DNA of 64,000 nucleotides, taken from the IMG/VR virus record IMGVR_UViG_3300010356_003652, positions 608 through 64,607 of that record. One strand, given 5' to 3'. This document shows positions 1 to 9,037 of this stretch, piece by piece. The number at the start of each line of letters is the position of its first letter. Within the stretch, counting starts at the first letter, position 1. The position numbers and the translations under genes are program-made. The DNA is from a virus (Duplodnaviria; Caudoviricetes). A model generated the notes under the pieces. The model saw nothing but the letters and a program-made list of their open reading frames with translations, was not told the origin of the DNA and ran no database searches.

Positions 1-6
1 CGGAGA

Positions 7-240
7 GTGGATAGGGATAGTCAAGAAGATCTTCCATATGAGGATATAGTAAGGCATGCAAGAGAGATCGAGGTAGAAAATGCTGATCTCATAAACAAGC
101 TTTTGGATACTCTTCAAAAAACTCGGGAGAGCAATAGATCTGCTTGGGATACATATGGATCCGAACTTTGTGCAGGTGCTATGATTAAAGAGGAAGAAAC
201 GATTGAAAAAAAGATAGAAAAATTAAGAAATGATAATTGA
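7..240 (+). CDS. hypothetical protein (77 aa, coiled-coil-like; start uncertain at window edge)
   Basis: ORF track; overlaps the start of the next ORF in an operon-like arrangement. Confidence 0.55.
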   Translation: MDRDSQEDLPYEDIVRHAREIEVENADLINKLLDTLQKTRESNRSAWDTYGSELCAGAMIKEEETIEKKIEKLRNDN

Positions 241-604
241 TAATTATGAAGCCAAAATTTGGCTTGGCCTCAGGGATGGATATTCCAACAAATACTATAC
301 TTATCAGCAAGTAACAGAAGTTATCAGCAAATGGTGTACAGAAAAGGGTCAGTGTGTTTCCGTAACTCCTACTGAATTCTTCTATGTTAAAAATGATGAA
401 ACAGGAACCGGAAAGGAAGAGGGATTGATCATAGGATTTATTAATTATCCCAGATATCCTCAGAGTGAAGCAGAAATTCGTAATCGAGCTAGAGAATTAG
501 CAACTCTTCTTATGAAGAAATTCGGTCAGTATAGGGTTAGTATCACTTTCTATCCTTCTATTCCGAATGGAACAGTTATGTTGGAAAACGATGAATTAGA
601 ATAA
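230..604 (+). CDS. hypothetical phage protein (124 aa)
   Basis: ORF track; normal globular composition, co-directional with neighbours. Confidence 0.7.
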   Translation: MIIDNYEAKIWLGLRDGYSNKYYTYQQVTEVISKWCTEKGQCVSVTPTEFFYVKNDETGTGKEEGLIIGFINYPRYPQSEAEIRNRARELATLLMKKFGQYRVSITFYPSIPNGTVMLENDELE

Positions 605-646
605 TAAAAAATATCTCCGGTAGAGATAAATATAATAAAACTTGAG

Positions 647-1198
647 ATGAAAATAGAAGAGATTAAAACCGGAGATACCATTTTAGTTAATCAGGATACA
701 TTTCTGAGTAGAACTATTCAAAAGGTAATGAAAAAATGGGGAAAAAGGCAGGGATGGCCTACTTCTCCTATTTATAGTCATGCAGGAAGATGCGTTTGGA
801 TTGAAGGGAAACTTTATGTTTTCGAGAGTGTGGTTAATGGATACAATCCAAGGCTATTCGAACGTCATTATGACTTAGTCGAATCTGACCTAGCAATTAT
901 GAGAAGAATCGAGCCTCTATCGGAAGAAGAGATGATTCAGACAACCCACTATTGCCTCCACTTAGATACTATTAGCATCTCTTATCAGTATTGGAATTTT
1001 ATCCAATGGCTTCTATTAGTCTATCTCAGATTTGATACTTTTCATAAGGATAGCGATAAATTTGAATATTGCTATGAGAGCGAAGCTAAAGCTAGAAAGA
1101 ATTTAAACCCAGATCATTATGGATATGTAAATCAGACAGATATTTTCGAATTGATCTACGATCCATATTATGAAGTGATCTATAAATCTAAACAATAA
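647..1198 (+). CDS. permuted papain-like (NlpC/P60, YiiX/YebB-type) amidase/hydrolase
   Basis: N-terminal GDxILV, His motif YSHAG precedes Cys motif EYCYE, the permuted catalytic order. Confidence 0.65.
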   Translation: MKIEEIKTGDTILVNQDTFLSRTIQKVMKKWGKRQGWPTSPIYSHAGRCVWIEGKLYVFESVVNGYNPRLFERHYDLVESDLAIMRRIEPLSEEEMIQTTHYCLHLDTISISYQYWNFIQWLLLVYLRFDTFHKDSDKFEYCYESEAKARKNLNPDHYGYVNQTDIFELIYDPYYEVIYKSKQ

Positions 1199-1395
1199 TG
1201 CCTGAAGTAAGAGAGACGAAAGTTCAGCAAGTTGATCAAAAATGTTCTACCTGTAATAAAGGATGGATGAGGCCTACCGGAATAGTTATTCCAGGAGATC
1301 CTACCCAATTTGAGCATCAATGTACCTCTTGTGGAGCTAAAAATATGTATACCGAGAGGTATCCCTATGTTCTTTATAGTGAAAATACCTTCTAA
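1198..1395 (+). CDS. small zinc-ribbon protein
   Basis: CSTC ... CTSC pairs in 65 aa; ATG overlaps the previous TAA. Confidence 0.65.
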   Translation: MPEVRETKVQQVDQKCSTCNKGWMRPTGIVIPGDPTQFEHQCTSCGAKNMYTERYPYVLYSENTF

Positions 1396-1416
1396 AATTT
1401 TTTTATCTCGGGAATT

Positions 1417-1430
1417 TTTATTATATTAGC
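1417..1430 (+). promoter_or_regulatory. putative early/host-RNAP promoter box TTTATTATATTAGC (copy 1 of 3)
   Basis: Identical 14-mer at 1417, 7294 and 10164, each intergenic and just upstream of a start codon. Confidence 0.6.
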
Positions 1431-1464
1431 ATTGTAGTGAATAAAGATCTAATTTTTAAAATAT

Positions 1465-2910
1465 ATGCCAAGAAGAGCTCCTAAAAAGACTAAGGTACAA
1501 AAGACAGTAGCAGTAAAAAATATTAAGCTTCCTATTAGCAAGCTTATCGATACTAAATTCAGGGAATATGCTCTTTATGTTTTAGCAAACAGGGGCATCC
1601 CTTCTTTCTATGATGCTCTTACTCCTGTCCAGAGGTATATCCTTATGAACTCCCCACAATCATTTACAAAGACCCTCTCCGTGGTTGGGGACAGTATCAA
1701 AGACGGATATCATCATGGAGATATGAGTTTAGGAAAAGCCATAGCGAAGCTTGCGCGCCCCTTCGGATGCTCAATGCAGCTCTTGGAAGGTTATGGTTTC
1801 TTCGGAACTGAGGTTTCTCCTGAACCCGCTTCTCCTAGGTATACATCAGTTCGGATGGCCTCAAAGACTTCCGAAATCCTTAAAAAATATAAATATCTCT
1901 TTACCAAAGAAGATGACGGTTCCTATAGCCCATTTTGGGTAGATTTCCCAATAGGACTAACTACAGGAATTATCGGTATTGCTGTTGGATATAAAACTAC
2001 AATTCTTCCCCGAAAATTAGAAGATATAAAAGAGTATTTCGAAGGAAAGCGTAAGAGTGTAAAACCATATTTCAAAGATTTCACCGGAAGCATTCAGAGA
2101 TATAAAGGTCTCGAAAAGGCTTGGCTAATATCTTCAAATATTATAGTTGTTGATAATAAGATCCAGGTCCGAGAATTACCTCCTATAATGAAATATACAT
2201 CCGCTCTTAAGAGATTAGATTGGCTCTTTAATAAATTTGAGGGAAAGATAAGGGTCCTGGATAATTCAAATGTTAAAGCTAACATTGATATAATCTATTC
2301 CGGTAAGAGTTCAGAAGAGTGGAAACAAATACAGGATTTCGTTCAAAAGACTTTCTCCATAATTGTTACAGAGACCCCGGTTTTCATTAAAGATGATCAG
2401 GTCCTCGTATATGATAAAATAGAGGAATATCTTGATGATTATAAATGGCAGCTCCTAAGGCTTGATTATAAAGATAAGGAATACCAAAGAAACTGGAATT
2501 CGGAAGAGCTAGAATTCAATAGAGCAAAGAAACTATTTATTACTTTTATTCTCCAAACAAAGAGAACAGTTAAGGAAATAGATGAATTTCTCAAACCATA
2601 TAATGAGGGAATCAAGGATAGACTAGAATCGATGACCTCAAAGAAATTCACTAAAGACGAACTCGTAAAGACTGCCGAAAAGATAAAGGAACTTGAAACT
2701 GCTTTACGTTTAGCTGAGAAAGCGCTAAAAGAATCACAAAAACTTTTCGAAAGCACTCCGGATCCTACGAAATCTAGAGGTATCGCATCTAAGAAAATGA
2801 ATATTGACCTATTTGATGCAGAAGATATGTCAGAGGTAAATGGTATTTTAGTCTGGGACGGAGAAGATCTTTTTGAAGAAGTGATAAAAGAAGAAGATTT
2901 AGACGAATAA
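1465..2910 (+). CDS. gp52: type IIA DNA topoisomerase, DNA breakage-reunion subunit (GyrA/ParC/T4 gp52-like)
   Basis: RGIPSFYDALTPVQR, YHHGD and catalytic ASPRYT motifs. Confidence 0.92.
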   Translation: MPRRAPKKTKVQKTVAVKNIKLPISKLIDTKFREYALYVLANRGIPSFYDALTPVQRYILMNSPQSFTKTLSVVGDSIKDGYHHGDMSLGKAIAKLARPFGCSMQLLEGYGFFGTEVSPEPASPRYTSVRMASKTSEILKKYKYLFTKEDDGSYSPFWVDFPIGLTTGIIGIAVGYKTTILPRKLEDIKEYFEGKRKSVKPYFKDFTGSIQRYKGLEKAWLISSNIIVVDNKIQVRELPPIMKYTSALKRLDWLFNKFEGKIRVLDNSNVKANIDIIYSGKSSEEWKQIQDFVQKTFSIIVTETPVFIKDDQVLVYDKIEEYLDDYKWQLLRLDYKDKEYQRNWNSEELEFNRAKKLFITFILQTKRTVKEIDEFLKPYNEGIKDRLESMTSKKFTKDELVKTAEKIKELETALRLAEKALKESQKLFESTPDPTKSRGIASKKMNIDLFDAEDMSEVNGILVWDGEDLFEEVIKEEDLDE

Positions 2911-2932
2911 ATATAGAAATAATCGTCTAACT

Positions 2933-3382
2933 ATGCCATCAAAATCAAAATCCCAGCAAAGATTTTTTGGAATGGTACATGCTCTTCAAAAAGGAGAAAT
3001 GAAACCATCCGAAGCTTCGCCAGAAGTTAAGCAAGCTGCAAAGAGCATGAAGAAAAAGGATGCTACTGATTTTGCAGAGACCAAACATAAAGGCCTTCCT
3101 GAAAAGGTAAAGAAAAAGAAAAAGGTTGTATCTGAATCTCTTGATGAGTTTATCAATGAAGGAATGGTCTATGAGGATTCGCCTATAATGGATTTACCCC
3201 AATTTGAGGATGCTGTAATGGATAAAATGCAGGAATTAGGCCTAACCTGGGAGGAAGCAGATTTTGCTATGGGACAGATTGACCCGGAACAAATGGACGA
3301 GTGGAGAATGGAAGTTATAGATGGCGTTTCGACACTTGATCAAATTGCAGAAGAAACCTTAAAAAATTCTTTTAATCAATAA
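2933..3382 (+). CDS. hypothetical virion-associated protein with a DUF3008-like N-terminus (MPSKSKSQQRFFGMV)
   Basis: Recognisable small phage N-terminal motif; internal VSESLDEFINEG; late-type TAAATA just upstream. Confidence 0.6.
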   Translation: MPSKSKSQQRFFGMVHALQKGEMKPSEASPEVKQAAKSMKKKDATDFAETKHKGLPEKVKKKKKVVSESLDEFINEGMVYEDSPIMDLPQFEDAVMDKMQELGLTWEEADFAMGQIDPEQMDEWRMEVIDGVSTLDQIAEETLKNSFNQ

Positions 3383-3891
3383 TGATTGTCAGAGAATCAA
3401 TAGATTTCGAAAGAGGTCAGGATCCAAGAAGAGCTATGGGGATAGGACAGGCTGCAATCTGGAGAGAAAATCATGCAGATAAACCTTTTGCTCAAGTAAC
3501 ATTTTTTCTAAAAGATCCCATGGGAAATAAAAAGAGATATGTAGCTGCTCTATTCTATGGTCCGGATTATGAAGGATCGGAAGATTCTATTTGGTGGGGG
3601 AGAGGCAGATTAATATCTGCATGGCAAGGATCAGGGGGAATTTCTTCAGTCGGAAATATGCAGAATAAGCCCCCTCAGTTTTTTGAAGGCGATGATGAGG
3701 AAAGAATGATGTGGATTAATCCTGATGAATTTAGCAAGAGAGTAATCAATCCTCTTCTGGATAATAGAGTTAAAGAAGTTATAGATCATATTACAGAGGA
3801 GTGGTGGGAAGGAAACTTCGAAGATCAATTAAGAGAATGGTTTAGTACTGGAGTCATGACAGTTTTTAATGTTAAATACGAGGCATTATAA
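3382..3891 (+). CDS. hypothetical protein carrying the F-x-R-G-x-D-P-x4-G-I-G tag
   Basis: Starts MIVRESIDFERGQDPRRAMGIG; motif shared with ORFs at 33112, 34437, 35333 and more loosely 60104. Confidence 0.7.
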   Translation: MIVRESIDFERGQDPRRAMGIGQAAIWRENHADKPFAQVTFFLKDPMGNKKRYVAALFYGPDYEGSEDSIWWGRGRLISAWQGSGGISSVGNMQNKPPQFFEGDDEERMMWINPDEFSKRVINPLLDNRVKEVIDHITEEWWEGNFEDQLREWFSTGVMTVFNVKYEAL

Positions 3892-3968
3892 TCAAAAAAT
3901 ATCATGGGACTTAAAAACTTAAGTCCCATTGTTGTATAAAAAGATAAACAATATTAAAAAAAATTATT

Positions 3969-4763
3969 ATGGCAAAAACCATTGAATTTACAGCAAAGAA
4001 CGTAAAACAATTTACATCTTGGCTTAAAAGATTCTCTTCAATAGAAAATTCATTACTTCTTGAGCTAAATGAGAAAGAGGAATGCTTTGTTGCTAAATCA
4101 TATAATGAGCAAAAGAGTATTGTTAAATATTCGAAGATCTCCTTCTCGGAAGCAGGCTTCTCCCTAAATAAAAAAACCAATAATGATCAGCTTATTAAAA
4201 TAGGTATCTATAATATACCTAGAGTGATTAAATCTCTGGATCATTTTCAAACTGGAGAATTCTCTTTTGCAGTTCAATATGATGAACTGGACGACGGGAA
4301 AGAAAAGGATCTGGCGGGTATAGCTCTCCTGATAAAGAGTTCTTCCCTCAAAGTAAAAATCGATTGTTCGTCTCTTCGAGTCTTTAAGTATATCTCTGAT
4401 GATCTTTTCAAAACCAGAATTGCTAAAACTAATGCTGTCTCGATATTCGATTTAGCAAGTGCTACAATTGATAAAATAAATTCTCTTTGCGATTTGGATA
4501 AGGATTACGACTTTCTGGAATTCGTTATCAAGGATAATAATCTAATGATTCAGGGAAAATCCTTTGAATTAAAGATAGGAGAGGCCTCCGGAGATGCAGT
4601 CCTTTCAATTTATAAAGATCAGTTCCATAAGATCGATATGGAAAACTATGCTGTAGATTTTGGAGATGACAAGTTAATATTCAGATCCAAAGACAGCGAT
4701 ACAACAACTGTAACTTCCATGGTGGAAAAGGATAAAAAATATGAGAGCTCCCCAATGGGATAA
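3969..4763 (+). CDS. gp45: DNA polymerase sliding clamp (T4 gp45-like)
   Basis: LKRFSSIENSLLL and IGIYNIPRVIKSL resemble gp45 LKNFATINSGIML and VAIYDLNGFLGIL; size 264 aa fits a two-domain clamp. Confidence 0.65.
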   Translation: MAKTIEFTAKNVKQFTSWLKRFSSIENSLLLELNEKEECFVAKSYNEQKSIVKYSKISFSEAGFSLNKKTNNDQLIKIGIYNIPRVIKSLDHFQTGEFSFAVQYDELDDGKEKDLAGIALLIKSSSLKVKIDCSSLRVFKYISDDLFKTRIAKTNAVSIFDLASATIDKINSLCDLDKDYDFLEFVIKDNNLMIQGKSFELKIGEASGDAVLSIYKDQFHKIDMENYAVDFGDDKLIFRSKDSDTTTVTSMVEKDKKYESSPMG

Positions 4764-4802
4764 TTTTTTCATGATTTTATTTGTACTTTGCTTTTATAAA
4801 TG

Positions 4803-4827
4803 GGCAGACTTAAGGTCTGCCTTTTTT
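4803..4827 (+). terminator. intrinsic terminator
   Basis: GGCAGAC-TTAAG-GTCTGCC followed by T6. Confidence 0.85.
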
Positions 4828-4852
4828 AATATATAGAAAAAAGAATCATTCT

Positions 4853-6382
4853 ATGCGATTTTATCCGCTACTGGAAGAAGTGAAAAGACGTCAAGAGGCT
4901 ACAGCCACCAGAGATGAGCTTCTTAATAAATTTCCTAAAAAGTATCTAAAACATAGTGCTGGAAATAGAATTAAGAATGCTGGGAATGTGTCATCTGAAG
5001 AATTTAAGAAAGATGTTGAAGAAGTTTTAAATGGTCTAAGTCTTGAATTCAATAGTATAGAAATAATTCCTCCGGGAAGAATAAGCAATTCCAAAGCTCA
5101 GTCTGACAGTTTTGATACAATCCATGTAAATCTTAAGGATACAAGCCGAAAGGACTTTGGAATCATCTTAGCTAAGTTAGGAGGTAGAACAAAAACATCC
5201 ACTCTCTTTAAAGAGGGAATGGTGTGTTATTTTTTCGGATCAGCAGAAGAATACGAGCCATTTAAAAAATCCGGGGATAAGCAAGAGAGCTATGTTCAGT
5301 TATTAGAAAATATTATCAGTGACATAAGAAGGAATGGAATTGGAGGATTAGAGAAAAAAGATAGCAATGAAATTTCTGAATTTCTTAAAAATGAATTAGC
5401 AGAATATAATTTATCAACTCTAAATTCTATTTTTAATGCTATGTCTATTGGAAATTGGCTTAGAAATAGTAATTTTTCAGATTATCAAATCCATAGAGAT
5501 AAATTATTTACGGATATTAAAAAAGCCGGTGCCAAAATAACAAATATGCCTGAAGATAAATGGTGTCCCATGGATATAATGCTTGTTAAGAATGGAAAGG
5601 AATCGGAAGTCCGAAAGATAATAGGAGAGGTAAATTCAGAAAGTAATAAAGATACCGCATTATCGAATCTTAATAGGATTTTTATATCTAATATAGATTC
5701 CGCACCTAAAGACCCTAAAGCTATTTGTTTAGCTATATCCCTTAAAGAAGCTGATTCTCAACACGGAAGAGCAAAGAGCTATATCGATAGTCTTGATGTT
5801 TCGGATAAGACCCATTATAACCTCTCTGAGACCGAAAAATCGTGGAGAGAAGATGATGAGAAGCTCCTTGAAGAAATAATCAAATTACGAGAATGGATTG
5901 AAGACAATGCAGATAAGTCCGTTTTTGATTATAAAAAAGGAAGTAAAGATATTACAGAATTTGAAGGAGCTAATCGTTTAGGAAAATACGGCTCTCTAAA
6001 AATGACTAAATTCTTCATAGACTATGCGAAGGATAACCCAGATATATTTGCCAATTTAGCCTCTTATGGATTATCTCTAGGAGCGAACCCAACATTCTTT
6101 AAGCTGGTAGGAACTATTGACGGAGATAGCAATAACATAGGATCAGAGAAATTCGAAGCTAAAGGAGGGGTAGTACTATATGACGTTCCCGATATATCAT
6201 ATGATAAAAAAATCTGGATTATAGATAATCCTCGAAATAGCGGAATTCAATTACTCTACTGGGTATTATTTGGAAGCTGGGTCTATTATGTTAAGATCCA
6301 GATCAGATCTTCTGCTGGTCCTGCTAAGACAACTCAAGTAGATGTAGAAATAGAAGAATTCCAGAAGTTAAAGGAAATCTAA
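4853..6382 (+). CDS. putative PD-(D/E)xK restriction-endonuclease-like protein
   Basis: DKWCPMDIML ... AISLKE resembles the phage KWNPADIW...SLK nuclease-like motif. Confidence 0.5.
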   Translation: MRFYPLLEEVKRRQEATATRDELLNKFPKKYLKHSAGNRIKNAGNVSSEEFKKDVEEVLNGLSLEFNSIEIIPPGRISNSKAQSDSFDTIHVNLKDTSRKDFGIILAKLGGRTKTSTLFKEGMVCYFFGSAEEYEPFKKSGDKQESYVQLLENIISDIRRNGIGGLEKKDSNEISEFLKNELAEYNLSTLNSIFNAMSIGNWLRNSNFSDYQIHRDKLFTDIKKAGAKITNMPEDKWCPMDIMLVKNGKESEVRKIIGEVNSESNKDTALSNLNRIFISNIDSAPKDPKAICLAISLKEADSQHGRAKSYIDSLDVSDKTHYNLSETEKSWREDDEKLLEEIIKLREWIEDNADKSVFDYKKGSKDITEFEGANRLGKYGSLKMTKFFIDYAKDNPDIFANLASYGLSLGANPTFFKLVGTIDGDSNNIGSEKFEAKGGVVLYDVPDISYDKKIWIIDNPRNSGIQLLYWVLFGSWVYYVKIQIRSSAGPAKTTQVDVEIEEFQKLKEI

Positions 6383-6400
6383 GCACGTTAAAGATACTTA

Positions 6401-6427
6401 AGGCCTGTAACAATTACGGGCCTTTTT
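6401..6427 (+). terminator. intrinsic terminator
   Basis: AGGCCTGTAA-CAA-TTACGGGCCT followed by T run. Confidence 0.8.
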
Positions 6428-6483
6428 AGTATATGGAAGATCCATACATATTTTGAGTCCTTAACTAAAATAAATTCTGAACT

Positions 6484-7245
6484 TTGGCGAGAAAAAAGAA
6501 TTTAACCAGAGATGATCTCGAGGATTTTACAGAATACGAGATCAAAACATTAACCTCACAAAACGGCTCAAAAAATACAATAAAACTACAAGATATTAAA
6601 CTAGACATTAAATGCCTTAACGAAAGACAAAAAGAATTAAGAAGAGCCATCGAAGAAAAGGATGTTGTTATTTCTACAGGCCCAGCTGGAACAGGGCGTA
6701 CTTACATGAGCTTGCTAACCTCTCTTCATTTAATGAAGACACAACTGCAGTACAAGCGACTAGTCCTAGTCAAATCACTTCAAGTAATCAAAGGAGAAGA
6801 ACTCGGGTTTTTACCTGGTAACGTATGGGAAAAAATGGAACCGCATATGTTCTCATTTACCGGTAACCTAGATAAGATTTTTCACAGTCCATCTATAACT
6901 AAAGGACTTATAGAGAAGGGTGTGATAGAAGTCTTTCCAATAGCCTATATCAGAGGTGTTACTATGGACAATTGTATTGTAATTGTAGATGAGGCCCAAA
7001 ATTTATCTCTAGAGACCTTCCGGACTCTTATAACAAGAATAGGGAGAAATTGCAAGATGATATTTCTTGGCGATACAGAACAAGTAGATCTCAAAGACAA
7101 AAACATGTCCTGTTTATCCTGGGTATCCGAATTATTTAAGGATCAAGAATATGCAGGATCTGTAATTTTTGAAGATGAGGACAGCGTTCGAAACCCGATC
7201 ATTCCTAGCTTACTAAAATTATTAAGAAAGAAGAAGATTGAATAA
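6484..7245 (+). CDS. phoH: PhoH-family ATPase (Walker A Lys replaced by Arg)
   Basis: GPAGTGRT, ELGFLPGN, PIAYIRGVT, IVDEAQN, LITRIG, GDTEQVD, VRNPII; TTG start. Confidence 0.9.
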   Translation: MARKKNLTRDDLEDFTEYEIKTLTSQNGSKNTIKLQDIKLDIKCLNERQKELRRAIEEKDVVISTGPAGTGRTYMSLLTSLHLMKTQLQYKRLVLVKSLQVIKGEELGFLPGNVWEKMEPHMFSFTGNLDKIFHSPSITKGLIEKGVIEVFPIAYIRGVTMDNCIVIVDEAQNLSLETFRTLITRIGRNCKMIFLGDTEQVDLKDKNMSCLSWVSELFKDQEYAGSVIFEDEDSVRNPIIPSLLKLLRKKKIE

Positions 7246-7251
7246 ATAAAG

Positions 7252-7273
7252 GGGGAGAAATAACTCCCCTTTT
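7252..7273 (+). terminator. intrinsic terminator
   Basis: GGGGAG-AAATAA-CTCCCC followed by T-rich tract. Confidence 0.75.
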
Positions 7274-7293
7274 ATTTTTTTATTAAGGAAAGA

Positions 7294-7307
7294 TTTATTA
7301 TATTAGC
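7294..7307 (+). promoter_or_regulatory. TTTATTATATTAGC box (copy 2)
   Basis: Follows the phoH terminator, precedes ORF 7325. Confidence 0.6.
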
Positions 7308-7324
7308 ATTATAAATTATCTCTT

Positions 7325-7567
7325 ATGGAAGAAGAAATTTTTAATGCTACCGGATGCGAAATGACTATCCACGAAGATGGAAGAGTTACTGTTAAAAGGC
7401 CTGAAATAGGGTCTATGATCAGCGTAAATACAGGAGCTGGGTCCACAAGAATGATCGTCCATTCATATGAAGGCAATCATATCTGCTGTGATAATGACGG
7501 AATTGAAGCTTGTGTTTGCCTTACTAAAAATGGAAATATCCTTATCTGGAAAGATATAACCGAATAA
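7325..7567 (+). CDS. hypothetical protein (80 aa)
   Basis: ORF just downstream of a TTTATTATATTAGC box. Confidence 0.65.
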   Translation: MEEEIFNATGCEMTIHEDGRVTVKRPEIGSMISVNTGAGSTRMIVHSYEGNHICCDNDGIEACVCLTKNGNILIWKDITE

Positions 7568-7572
7568 TAATT

Positions 7573-7788
7573 ATGAGCGAGGACACATCAAAATATACTC
7601 AAAGGCCTAAATTAGATGGGAATAAGACGGAGGTCTTTAGGGTTTATTATGATAAAAATTCTACAACTTTTGATGAGTTTCTTTTGATGGAGCACTTTTC
7701 TCTAATCCATGCTGCTCAGAAAAAATGGAAAATATTCCATGCATTTCCCTCTATTTTTATTGATCCCTATATGATTTGCAAAAATTAA
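7573..7788 (+). CDS. hypothetical protein (71 aa)
   Basis: ORF track; tight spacing with neighbours. Confidence 0.55.
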   Translation: MSEDTSKYTQRPKLDGNKTEVFRVYYDKNSTTFDEFLLMEHFSLIHAAQKKWKIFHAFPSIFIDPYMICKN

Positions 7789-7842
7789 CAAAACCTTTCT
7801 CTATTCATATTCATAAAAGAATGGAATAGAATAATAGTACAG

Positions 7843-9012
7843 ATGAGTTTTGAATTTACAAAAATCGATCCAGAGAATTGTTCAGTAGAAGAACTTAAAG
7901 CGGAGATCAAAAGATTAGAGAATCTTAAAGATGAATACAATGGTATTCAGCATTCAATAAAGATTTTTATTAACTCTGTTTATGGAGCTACTGCATCCAT
8001 TTATTTTACGGGATATAATGTCTTTGTTGCTGAAGCGATAACTCTTCAGGGACAGGATTTAATCCTGTTTGCTAATTCCATTCTTGATGACTATTTCCTA
8101 AATCATTGGCATGAGGATACAGAAACACACAAAGCCTTAGGATTAACAAAAGTTAATAAAATCTTAGCTAAAACGGTTACGGTCTATAATGATACAGACT
8201 CAACCTATATGACCTTTCAGCCTGTTTTGGATTCCTGCGATTGGAAAGATGATCCAAAGGAATTTATTCTTAAATTAAAAGAGATAAAACTGGATAAGTA
8301 TTTTAATGATAAATTTGAGGAATATGCTAAGAAATTTAATACCCACAATATACAGAATTTTGAACTTGAAAAGATAGCATATTCAGGCCTTATGATGGCT
8401 AAAAAGAAATATGTTCTCGATATAGCTTGGAAAGATCCCGGTATTGAATATAAGCCTCAAGAAAAATTAGCATATACGGGAGTAGAAATTGTTCAGAGCT
8501 CAACTCCAAAATTTGCAAGAAAAATTCTAAAAGATCTTGTTAATCATATTTTTGTTAACGGAAAGAAATTAGACTATTCTGAAACTGTTCAAAAATTACG
8601 AGAATACAAGAAGCAATTTGTCATGCAGGATCCAGATGATATAGCTAAAGGAGTTTCTATAGGGGATTACGAAAAATATGTTCTGGATGATAGAAAAGAG
8701 ATTGCATTAGCAGACAAATGTCCTATAAATGTCAGATCTGCTGCAGTCTATAATCATATTCTTTTCCAGAGTAAATGGAAGGGAAAATACAATCTCATCA
8801 AAACAGGAGATAAGATCAAACACTATTATTGTAAAGGGGAATATCAAGTATTTGGATTTCTTCCAGGAAACTATCCTTATGAATTTGCTCCAGAAATAGA
8901 TTATGATATGCAATTTGAAAAGATAATCATTGAACCATTCAACAGATTTATTGAGGTATTAGGATTTAATCCAATCCCAGGAAATTTGATTTATGCGCGT
9001 TCACTTTTTTGA
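7843..9012 (+). CDS. gp43: family B DNA polymerase, C-terminal half only (split gp43, B-type subunit)
   Basis: Motif B KIFINSVYG, motif C YNDTDS, KKKYVL, YTGVEIVQSSTP; no exonuclease motifs or motif A; only 389 aa. Confidence 0.88.
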   Translation: MSFEFTKIDPENCSVEELKAEIKRLENLKDEYNGIQHSIKIFINSVYGATASIYFTGYNVFVAEAITLQGQDLILFANSILDDYFLNHWHEDTETHKALGLTKVNKILAKTVTVYNDTDSTYMTFQPVLDSCDWKDDPKEFILKLKEIKLDKYFNDKFEEYAKKFNTHNIQNFELEKIAYSGLMMAKKKYVLDIAWKDPGIEYKPQEKLAYTGVEIVQSSTPKFARKILKDLVNHIFVNGKKLDYSETVQKLREYKKQFVMQDPDDIAKGVSIGDYEKYVLDDRKEIALADKCPINVRSAAVYNHILFQSKWKGKYNLIKTGDKIKHYYCKGEYQVFGFLPGNYPYEFAPEIDYDMQFEKIIIEPFNRFIEVLGFNPIPGNLIYARSLF

Positions 9013-9037
9013 TATATAGATAAAATATATCTTAATT

